A DNA stretch of 36,114 bases from Raillietiella orientalis (Eukaryota): positions 1-36,114 of the forward strand of contig JAYWIR010000188.1 in assembly GCA_036172245.1 (NCBI GenBank), in the 5' to 3' direction. Under the pieces are notes generated by a model. That model had not been told where the DNA came from, ran no database searches, and worked only from the letters and a program-made list of their open reading frames with translations. A program made the translations under genes and the position numbers. Below are positions 10,850 through 20,782 of the stretch, piece after piece (the first letter of the stretch is position 1; each line of letters begins with the position of its first letter).

Positions 10850-11460
10850 GTATAGGGCATAGTTCCCTGTGACTTTGGTACATATGTTCAGGTCAAAGAT
10901 TTCCTTCGAGGTTCTCTGCTGGATACGAAGAAGGGTAGGGCAAGGAGAATAAGGGTTGATGTATATGTCGCTGGAAAATTTTATAATTGCTGTACATAGA
11001 TGCAAAGAGATCGCGGTAATTGTTCTTTGAGGGATTGCGAGCAATTTTAGTAGCCTATCATTTTCGGGATCCCATGAGCTGAGCGCACCAATTAGAAATG
11101 CTTGGTTGATGGTACGCAAGACTTGAGTCCTAAGGACGCTCTCGATCTCTGCGTACTTCAGGATCTTGGTTTTCCTTGCACGCTGTAGCGATGATATACG
11201 ATTTTCAGATGAGATAACAACGTGGACGCATTCTTCGCAAAAATATTGAAGGGATTCAACATATCCATTTGGCGATCCTTTTGAGCAACGGGTCATCGAG
11301 GGGAGAGAATCATGATCAAGGTATCGACAACAACATTGAGTCATTGAATGATCATTGTCCCAAGATAAACTGAACAGTGACACAGGACATGCGCCAATGT
11401 TTCTTTTACACATCCACATCATCATTTCTTTTACACAGCCACATTTTACATCACCCACAT
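10850..11460 (-). mobile_element. C-terminal remnant of an RLE-type non-LTR element (NeSL/Utopia/R2-like)
   Basis: One frame gives CGCVKETLAHVLCHC...IQ*LNVVV (CCHC knuckle plus decayed RHN). Another gives ENR...RARKTKILKY...FLIGALSSWDPENDRLL...FSSDIY. The segment is AT-richer than its flanks. Confidence 0.75.
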
Positions 11461-11469
11461 TCCGTACTG

Positions 11470-12549
11470 TACGGTGGATGAGGTCTGGAACAGCCAGAAC
11501 GCCTGGCTGCCACGTTCTTCGTCGAAACACTGTCTGCCCTCGAGGTTCGAGAAGAGAGTAGCCAACCGGCAAGGTGGAAGTTCTCCTGCACCATCGCGGG
11601 TAGAACGAGACGCATCCGCGAATAGGACACGAGCGAGCTGGCGGATGCCGCCACTCCTCGTGCTACAGCAGAGGGATTACTTCGGTGGGGAGAAGCTCTT
11701 GTTGTTGCTCTTGAGAAACTGATAGTTCCTCCCTGCTGTTTGGACGGTTCGGTGTTTCCCCTTGCATGGAAGCAAGACGTCCTGCTCTTCTTGTACTGGG
11801 GCTTGCGTTACAACGAGCGGCGTCACCGAGTTTCCGGTGGGGTGGCTTCTCCCTACTGTGCCCGGTGCGGGGCGACGGAGTCGTTCCCGCACCTTGTTTT
11901 GGACTGCGGTGCCCTCTAGGAACTCCGGCGGAGGTTGGCAGTAGCACTCCTACCACCGGAGGACACCGCCCGAGAAGTGCTGCGACGGTTTTTCCAACCG
12001 CAAGGACTTTCGACGGCTGCGATGATTTCCACAGTTGGTTGCATCCGCGCCATCGTCACGGTCCGAGACGTGCTGGAGAAAACTGGCCAGCGATGCTGTG
12101 TCACCAGGAAGGCAGCCGACTTCATCATTGCGGCAGCTAAGTGGCGACAATTGAGCAAAAACGTAATGGAGGAGCTCATCGGCATCCATCTTAGGATTAA
12201 GCACGGTTTGGAACGAGGAACCCGGTGATCCACCCCTATTCCCTTTAACTCGATTTTTGTTCTCGCGTCCCTCCTACCATTCGCTCCGTAGTGCTTTTGG
12301 TGCTTTTCCTCTTTGTTTTTACCGGTGACTGCGGAGCGCCACCAAAGTCCCCTGGCCCATCCCTCCCATTTCGACATTTCTTTTTTTGTTGGTAGTCCCC
12401 TCCTCCCCCGTTCGTTCAGGTCCTTCCGTTTTCCTGGCCAGCGCGCCAGTGGTGTATCTCCGTTGCTGGTTGTTGTAGTCGTTGGCTGAAAACGGCTGTT
12501 TCCAGCCAGTTTATGTCAATAAACGTCCCGGCGTAACAGGATAAAAAAA
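11470..12549 (+). mobile_element. 3' fragment of a divergent L1/Tx1-like element (ORF2 C-terminus plus 3' UTR)
   Basis: CARCGATESFPHLVLDC finger at about 11857-11910, a pyrimidine-rich 3' UTR, and a terminus AATAAACGTCCCGGCGTAACAGGAT followed by an A-run (12518-12549). Confidence 0.75.
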
Positions 12550-12647
12550 TTTAATTTTCGCCTTCATGGGAGACGGATGTGGATTCGTGTTGCTCCGTTG
12601 ATCCGCTGTTTAATTGTGCTTGTGCGTCCCACTGCCTAGTCCTGAGG

Positions 12648-13730
12648 ATGAGCAGTGAACAACGCAACGTGGAAGTTGTCGAGCCAGTGGTTCAGGAATT
12701 TCCCACTGCGGGAACGATGGCGACAACCTGTGCGAGCCCCGCGACACCGGCCAGGAGCTTCGCGGACCTGGCTGCATCTGCAGCCGTACAAGGACGCCTC
12801 CTCGAGCAGGCGGAGTTGCAGGCATATGTAGCCCAGGGCTACAAACCTACTCTCCGCTATAATGTAAGTGGGGTAGGCAAGGCTGGAGAAGAGTTCGCGG
12901 GCGAACTTTTCCGTGTGGGAGTGCGAGAGGAGGACCTCATAGCACTCATGCCTGTTCCAGCATTGGGCTATGTAAAGGTCCGATGCAAGCAGGCTGCCCT
13001 TGTGCAGCGGCTCCTCCGCACTCCTTTGTTCATCCGCGGGAAGAAAATATTTTTCACCGCGATGGACGAGTCTTTTGTCGTTGTTCTCTCGGACATCGAA
13101 ACGGAGATCAACGACAAACAACTGATCACTCACGCGGTGTGGAGGAAGAGGAGTTCCTACAAGAAGTTTCCTCCTGTCCACACTGGATTTGCTTCCATTA
13201 GAATGACCGTCCCTAACCTTCGCACACTGCCTGCTACTCTACAGGTCAACGGCACGGTCGTTCACCTGTGGATCGCAGGTAAGGTTCCCACGTGTGGGCA
13301 ATGCGGCAGGGAAGTGCATCGAAGAAAACAATGCCCTTTCGCGAAGTGCCGCTATTTCAAGGAGCCCAGGAACGATCCCAGGCAGTGGCCGGATATTGAA
13401 ACAAGAAGGAGAAGGCTAGATTTCGACGCGCGAAGGGGAGCGCAGGGGAGAAAACAGAAGCCCTTTAAAAACAGATGAACACGCGAAAGCTCGCGTAAAC
13501 CCGGTCCGGTGGCCCCTCAAGCGGCTTCCTCTGCTGCGAAGCCCCGAAAGGGCAATCGCTCTGCCGGGAAGCCAGTTAAGAAAGGGCGCGGGGGCCCTTT
13601 CTTAACTGACACCTCTGCCGAATGCGGAGTTTACGCTCCCGGAAAGGGGTCTAGGAAGCCGTTTGCACCGTGTGATAGCGTGGAAGTTGGTGATGAGGAT
13701 CTGGATAACGTGCGAACCGTATGCACAGAT
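12648..13730 (+). pseudogene. ORF1-like gene of another non-LTR subfamily, frameshifted and truncated
   Basis: SFADLAAS...QGYKPTLRYNV...REEDL...LVQRLLRTPL resembles family L ORF1. Degenerate knuckle CGQCGREVHRRKQC. Starts about 100 nt after the preceding element's tail. Confidence 0.7.
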
Positions 13731-15120
13731 GCGAGTCAGGATTTGCTCTTGCTGTAGCGCGTCCGGCTCCTGGCCGACCTCCTCCACAACCTTCACCAAG
13801 TCCTGGCTGTGCTGCAGGACCTCCGGCGTCGCCACGGTGAGTTCATTAACATTCATTTCGTCGTCTTATTCGGCGTTTTCCTTCTCTGTTGCCTTGTAAG
13901 AGGGTTCTTGTTCCTTCACGAGCAAGCTCTCCTTAACTCCTTTTGTGTGTTCAACGAAGCCGTCCGCCGAAACCGAAGCGGCCTCCTCCACCTTTCTCTG
14001 ATTCTTCGCCTGCCTTAGGCTTTGTCACCTTCGCCGAAACCTTCTCCCGCACGGGGGAGTCCATGCATCGTACGCCAGTAGGCGTACTCGGGACAACACC
14101 ACCTCGCATGCCCCGGCTCCTTACAAAAGACGCGCACCTCGGGTATGTCACAGCTGCTAACCTGGTGTCCCTGCTTGTCGCAGCGGAAGCACCGAGACCT
14201 AGGGCACGTGCTCACCCGATGACCGAAATGCTTGCACCTGGTGCCGAACTTCGTCTGCGGGCGATACTTCACCAATACTTCCTGGGAGTTCCCAGCAATA
14301 TGATTAGCCCCCGGAATCTGCACCTCCTCGAACAGCTTAATTTTGGCAACCACATCGCCTGAAAACACGTTTTGGAGAAGTTCCGGAATTCTACTTTCAA
14401 AACCTCTCCGTATTTGGCGACGAACGCCCGCACCGCCTGCCTACTGGTGGTCCCGTAGACACCACCGAGAAATATCGTAGTATACGGCATATCTCGGATG
14501 CCTCGTACTATCCTGCCTTGGATGTTTATGCCCTCCTCGATCAGGGCCTCCTTCAGTTGTTTACAATCTGTGAAGGTTGTGAACCCGCTCATGCTTGGAA
14601 TTATGGCTTGTACTGTGTCAAAGTTGACATTTGCCTGGTATAGGGCCAGGTACACTTCCCTAATGTTGTGGATTCTGATCAGTCCTGTTTTAAAGGTGAT
14701 CGGCTTGACATTCGAGCCCATCTTAATGATGGGCTCGTCAGTGTTCTCAATTTTGTCCGTCACGGGCTTGCTAAACCTCAGGGCCGGTCGGATGGTCGCC
14801 GTCCCCGCCACCACAGCCTCATAGGAAAACGCTCGCCGCCCCACGGTCGCAGCCGCACAAGATGGCATGGCGTGCGTAGCGACGGGTAGGCCTATTGGCC
14901 CGCTTGTCGCTCCGGCGACCGTTGTCGCCGGGGACGCCGCCGCCCCCGCACCACAACATTCGCCTGACGCTACCTCCAGGGCTGGGGTAGCTCCGGCCTC
15001 TCCGCCATCGCAGCGGCCTGCTGCTGCATCCTAGCGGCGGGCACTGCCATCGCCGCTGCTGGTGCTGTCGAGAGTCCTCAGCCACACTGCACAGCACTGC
15101 TTCTACCTTTAGATTACGAC
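13728..15120 (-). mobile_element. Family S element, ORF1 remnant, 3'-truncated
   Basis: IREVYLALYQANVNFDTVQAIIP, FSGDVVAKIKL and CKHFGHRVSTC/CFRCDKQGH are homologous to the ORF1 at 30111. Confidence 0.85.
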
Positions 15121-15214
15121 TTGCTCTAAGAGGGCACTCACAAAAATTAGGAAAACGCTCTTTTCGACGCTCCTGGTGTCACCCGAAAGGCGTGAAAAAG
15201 GCGAAAGAAATGCG
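15121..15214 (-). pseudogene. U5: 5'-truncated, altered U5 snRNA copy
   Basis: Minus strand reads CGCATTTCTTTCGCCTTTT...GGAGCGTCGAAAAGAGCGTTTTCCTAATTTTTGTGAGTGCCCTCTTAGAGCAA. It matches the U5 at 24835-24718 from about nt 28 onward and shares about 23 nt of 3' flank. Confidence 0.85.
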
Positions 15215-15215
15215 G

Positions 15216-18200
15216 TTTTTCCCAAATCCCACAAGGGGTGGGGTAATTTATTTAACATCCATACTACAATCACATTCACGCAATCGAAACTTTTTGTTCC
15301 GCACTTGTGAGTTCATTCCACTATCAATTGGGGAGTCACTCGGGGAAGACCACGTTGGATTTGCAGTTTGGAGGACTACGTGTGGGTTTGGGCTTGAGCA
15401 ATACTTACTATCCCGCAAAGGATGTACTTGTACGGCCAGGCTTATACTTTCCCGCAGTTCCTGATTCCAATTTCCTTCTGGACGAGTCCTTGGAGGATGT
15501 CCATGGGATGTGCTGCTGTTCGGGTTTTCGCCATCTTCCACCATCGGATCAGGATGGCTTTGATGGACAAAGCAATGGTTATCCTAGCCATCGGGTTGTA
15601 CAGAGGTACATTGGCGTTCCCTTGAAACATCCGAGCTAGGACTTCCGTGGTGGTGACGTCAGGTAGTCCTATGACCCTTTTCAGGGTCTCCCAGTCCCGG
15701 TGGATTGCGGGACAGGTTAGGGCGTGGAGTCTTGTTTCCCAATCGCCACACGCCTTGCATTTCCCGTCTTCCACGTTTCCCGTGATGTGGTAGATCCTGT
15801 AACCACTCTGAATTCCTTCTTGATAAAACATCAGGAGCTCGTCCTGAGCGTTCGGCGGTAGGTCACTCCTCCATAGTGTTGTGCCAATCGCCAACAGATT
15901 GATCCTCAGACTTCCGTGGCGATCGGCAGCTTCATGGAGGGCACTGATGTCCTGATTGTCGTCTTTAATCATCCTGCGGAGGTTTTTCCTATCCACCCTG
16001 GACCACGCTGAGTTGCTGTGGTTTTTCCACACCTCGCGGGTCCTGTGAGTGAATTTTCCCAGCACCATCTCGATATACCGAAGTATACGAGAATGGCGAA
16101 GGTTTCCTCCTCTTCTCCATTCCTGGATTTTCTTCAGGGTAACTCTGGGCCGCTGGCGGATCCAGCTTCTTGTGTCAGGAGGCACGCGAAGCATTCTAGG
16201 GATCACCAGGATGGATTCCTCCTGCCAGAGTTCCCTGCTTCGTGGCACAATCTTCAGCTGGTGTTTTTGTACCAACTGCTGTTTCCTCTTCAAGGTGGGA
16301 TCGATCGTGTTCCAATCTCCTGCTTGACCTAGCAGCGCAGTCATTGGGCCCTTCGAGTTGTTCAATGACAACGAATAGGCCCTGTGCGCCGCATACGGCC
16401 AGTCATTTCAATGAGCGGCGATCTCCAGGATTTGTCGCTTATCATGATATCCACAGAATGTGCAAGCGACTTCATCCTGGTCCCACCTTCCTCATTGAAA
16501 CGACACAGTGGTTTGAGTCTTACTCTTGGTCTGTAACTACCCCATAGTACTTTTCGTTGCAACTTTTCTACTTCTCTGCGGGTTTTCCTGTACATTCTGC
16601 TAAAGGCCGCCCCGAAGAGGATCTTCGGAAGGATTACTCCATTCCACAGGTTGGCCTTCTGCTTCATGCTGAAGTCCGTCCGCGTGTACTTCGTCGCTTC
16701 TTCTGCTGAGTTTCCCAGGATTTCGGTCCATAGCAGCTTCGCCGTGGAGTCGTCGCCAATGTGGATTCCGAGGTACTTGGCGCAGTCCACCGTTCGGAAT
16801 CCTTCCTCCGTTAGTGGGGAGAGATCCAGGATTCCGACGGGCAGAAGTTGACTGTTCTGGGCATTGATTTTTAGCCCAAATCCTTTTTCCATCATCTCCA
16901 CCACATCCAGGAACGCATACTAATCTCGTTCCTCCTTGATAAAGAAGAGAAGATCATCCGCGTAAGCCAGATGGGTGAGCTTCTGGTCGTCCATCTTGAT
17001 TCCTCGTAGGCGTCCACTTCTTTCGATGAATGATGTCAGAGCTTCCATGTAGATAACAAACAGCATCGGAATTAGCGAGTCGCCCTGGCGGACTCCTCGT
17101 TCCATGCTGATAGCTGCTGTTTCTGCTCCGTTGATCTTGATACGAAAGTGTTGATGAGCAAGTAACATCCTCACGAAGTTGCTGAAGTGCTCCGGGAGGT
17201 CCAGTTTTCCCAGAATCTCCGGCAGTATCCCATGGTCGATGGTATCGAAGGCCTTCTCCATGTCTGTGAACACCAGCACCAGGTTCTCGCCGACGTATCG
17301 GCTGAGTCCCACGGTGGCCTGGGCACACTTGACATTGTCCGACATGTGGCGTCCAGGCACCGCACATGTCTGGACTGGAGAGATTAGCTTCGGCATGATC
17401 TTGGCTAAGTGGTTGGCCCAGATCTTCGCCAACCACTTGGCGTTGGAGCTGAGGATTGAGATTGACCCCCATTGGAAAACCTTGGTTAGGTCTCCGCCCT
17501 TCGGCAGCAATCTCATCCTGCTCTCGTAGAAGGACGTTGGTAGTCTGTCTTCTTGCCGGATGCATAGGGTCAGCTGGTGGAACAGGCGCAGGTAGGCGTG
17601 CAGGTACCGCTGGTAGTGAGAGATGGGAACACCATCAGGACCTGCCAACACGTCCTTGAGAAGTTGCGAAAACGCAGCTTCACCTCTTCTTCGAAGAAAT
17701 CCTCTTCCAAAATCTTCCGCTGGCATTCATCTATCTTATTCTCCAAGTAGCCTAGAAAAGCATTTTGTGTCGCCGGGCACAGGTGCTGGTGCCGGAAGTG
17801 TCCCGTGTAGTGCGTCTGGAAGGTTTCCACGATCTCCTCCGACGTGCGCTGACTGTGGCCGTCGTACTGGATGCAGAAGATGTCTGTTGCCAGATTCTTC
17901 TTCTCCAGCACGCCGACTTCCCCTTTGATGTTTGTGAAGACGTACCGTCTCTCGTTCTCTTCCCAGTACTTTGAGAGGGAGTGATCTTCGGCTTTCTGCT
18001 CCCAGAACGCTTCTTGCCTCAGTCGCTTGTCTCCGTACTGCATGTTACAGAACAGATGGACTTGATGTTTCAGGCTGTCCCATTCGGCGACCCTTCGGAT
18101 GATGCTGGTACTCAGGAACGTCTCGATCAGTTCTTGATGACTGGGAAACGTCCCGAACCAGGCGGACATGCAGATGAGCGCCGCCCCTGTGTTCTGCTTC

Positions 18201-20619
18201 CTCCGAGGATTTTCCGTTCTTAAGGAGAACCGCACCAACGGGTGATCGGACAGTGAGGTGGGCGTGTCGCGAAAATCTTCGATGCGGTTCTCGAGCTCTG
18301 TGCTGTGTAGGACGTGGTCGATCGGCTTGTGGCCAGCTGTTCGCCACAAAAGTCCGAACTCGTCTGACAACCGCCGATACGACGTCCTTTCTCTGGCGCC
18401 CCGGGTGTGGATGATCTCCATGATGTTCAGATCGCCGGGGACGATCACTTCGTCCTTGGGTGCGACCTACTGCCGGAGTGCTGCATGCAGCGCTTCCGCG
18501 CACTGATGTTTTTGCGTGTGTGTTCCGTACGCGCTTACCAAGAATATGTGAACAGTAGCGGACCACGCTAGTCGTACACCGATGATTGGTCCGGCATGGG
18601 ACAGAAGACTTCCGGGACTGTAGGGGCCAGGTCTTTGTTCACCAGCACCGCCACTCCTTCAGTGTTCCTCTGTCCTTCGCTGACGAACATTTGCATGTTA
18701 AGGCATCGTTCCATTTCCAGGCTGATCTGATGACCCAACTTGTGGGTCTCTTGCAAACACGATGTCTTCATGTGCGATCTTGCGCGCGATTCTTTTCCTT
18801 TTCCTCTGGTCGATCAGTCCATTAACGTTCCAGGAGGCGATGTTGAGCCTCCTGGCGGTGAACAGCGACGAGGCCAATGAGGGGTTCATTTCTCTTTTCT
18901 GAGCTTCTTCTGTAGGGGAGACCGTTGCAGTCTCTCCTACGAAGAAGCGGACTTCTCACTCCCGGCATCGCTCTCCGTGCCGGTGGGATCTGTCAAATCT
19001 GGTTCCTTGATTGAACGGTCGATTTTGGCGACCGCCTTGCGCGGAAGTGTCTCCTCGTCGACGTCCGCACAGTACGCCGCCTTCAGTTCGAAAAGCTTCG
19101 TCTCCAGCTTTTCGCGTTCTGACACGGTCACCATTCTGTTGATGTCCTATTGGACCTCGCAGATGCGAGCCAGGATTCGTTCCTGCTGCACCGCAGTTGA
19201 CTCATGTTGGACCTCCTTCACATACTGAACCACCTCCTCGGTTATCTGCAGAGCCTCCTGCGACACCTGGGGATGATCAGCCACCTGCATTTTTTCGCCT
19301 TTCTCTGCTTTTTCTGCCTCATCGACCTTCTGGGAGGGTTCTTGCTCCTTCACGAGCAACCTCCTCTTGCCACCCTTTCTGACCTTAACAAAGCCGTCTG
19401 CCGACGCCGGCGCGGCCTCCCTTGCCTTCTTCAGCCTCTCCACAAGTTTTGGAGGTTTCGCTACCTCCGCCAGCACCTTCTCCCGCACGGGGGAGAGTCC
19501 ACGCATCGTTCGTTAATTGGAGAACTCGGAGCAACTCCACTTGGCAGCCACTTGGCCCGGGCTCCTTGCAAAAGAAATACGCCTCGGGCATGTCGCAGTT
19601 GCGTACCCAGTGTCCCTGATTCCCACAGCGGAAGCCTCTGGATCTCGGACAGGCACTAACCCAGTGGCCAAAATTCTTGCACCCTGTGCAGAAAACTGGC
19701 TGCTCTCTATATCAGATGGAGACCTCCTGGGAGTTCCCATCAATCTAGGCGACTACTGGAATCTGCACTTCCTCTGCAAACTTTTCCTTCGCCACCACCT
19801 CTCCCGAGAAAATATTTCCGGAGAAATTCCGGAATTCCACCTCCAGAACCTCCCCGTACCTCTCCAGTAACTCCCACACTGCGTCCTTGCAGGTGGTTCC
19901 ACAAACGCCGTCAAGATACACCGTGATGTACGGCATCTCACCGATACCCCGGATCACCCTTTCTTGGAAATTCATGCCCTTTTTGATAAGGGCCTCGCGC
20001 AGTTGTTCACAATCGATAAAGATTGTGAAGCCTGACATGTTCGGTATGATGAACTGTACCGTGTCAAAGTTCACATTGGCGCGGTAAAGGGCCAGGTACA
20101 CTTCGCGGATGTTGTTCATCTTTACGAGGCCCGTCTTCAAAGTGACGGGCTTCACGTTCGGGCCAGTCTTGATAATGGACTCCTTCATGCGTTCTATTTT
20201 TCCTGTCACGGGCTTGCCAAAACTTTGGGCCGGTCGGGTCGTCGCCGTTCCCGCCGCCAACGCCGCATATAAAAACGGGGCCTTCGCCGCCGCCGTCGAA
20301 GCAGGCTGCCCCACGGTCGCAGCCACCGAGCAAGATGGCGTCGCGTCACCAGCAACGGGCAGGCCTACGGGCCTTCCTGTCGCTCCGGCGACCGCCGGTG
20401 CCGCGCCAGAACAATCTCGAAGTCCTACCTCCATGGGCTGGGGTGGCGCCACCGTCTTCTCCGCTGCCTGCTGCTTCTTCATCCTCGCGCCTGCAGACGC
20501 TACCGCTGGGGACGATCGCAAGGTTTACACCTTGGACTCCCTGGCGCTGTTGCTGCTGCTGCAGGTGGTGGGGGTCCTTGGCTGAGTACTCACTGTCACT
20601 GTCTTTGCCACTTGGGTGT
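15216..20619 (-). mobile_element. Full-length but inactivated family S Tx1-like element (ORF1 plus APE-RT-CCHC ORF2)
   Basis: ORF1 pieces span 20521-18937. ORF2 pieces carry WNVNGL, QETH, GDLN, IDHV/SDH, DMEKAFD, GVRQGDSL, YADD, KYLG and CKACGDWETRLHALTC, collinear with 31679-35206. The 3' end is AATAAA-TTACCCCACCCCTTGTGGGATTTGGG-AAAAA (15252-15216). Confidence 0.93.
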
Positions 20620-20760
20620 TGCCCTCTCGGGGCCCTCAAAAATTGCAGCGGCTGTTAGGTTAGTCACTGCCTTGGCGGGGTATTGGGTATAGTTTTCAAC
20701 TAACAATAATCGCGACTCAATTACGTTCAGCAGCGGCGAAATTGCCCGTGAGCAAGAGCC
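20620..20760 (-). ncRNA. U4: U4 spliceosomal snRNA gene or pseudogene, apparently full length
   Basis: Minus strand reads GGCTCTTGCTCACGGGCAATTTCG...GCGATTATTGTTAGTTGAAAACTATACCCAATACCCCGCC..., then Sm site AATTTTTGA and 3' hairpin GCCC-CGAGA-GGGC. The core matches the conserved U4 GCGATTATTGCTAATTGAAAACTTTTCCCAATACCCCGCC. Confidence 0.92.
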
Positions 20761-20782
20761 TCGTGATAATCATATCAAAATC

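Noticed and set aside
10730..10960. U2 snRNA target next to the RLE remnant
   Set aside because: No U2 hallmark sequence (e.g. GTGTAGTATCTG) was seen on either strand. U2 and U6 were not recognised anywhere in the window.
10364..11572. 402-aa ORF as a single gene
   Set aside because: It is chimeric: it crosses antisense Tx1 sequence at both ends, and only the middle is RLE-like.
12552..12570. TTTTCGCCTT after an element tail as another U5 fragment
   Set aside because: The match is too short, with no complete GCCTTTTAC loop, Sm site or stems.
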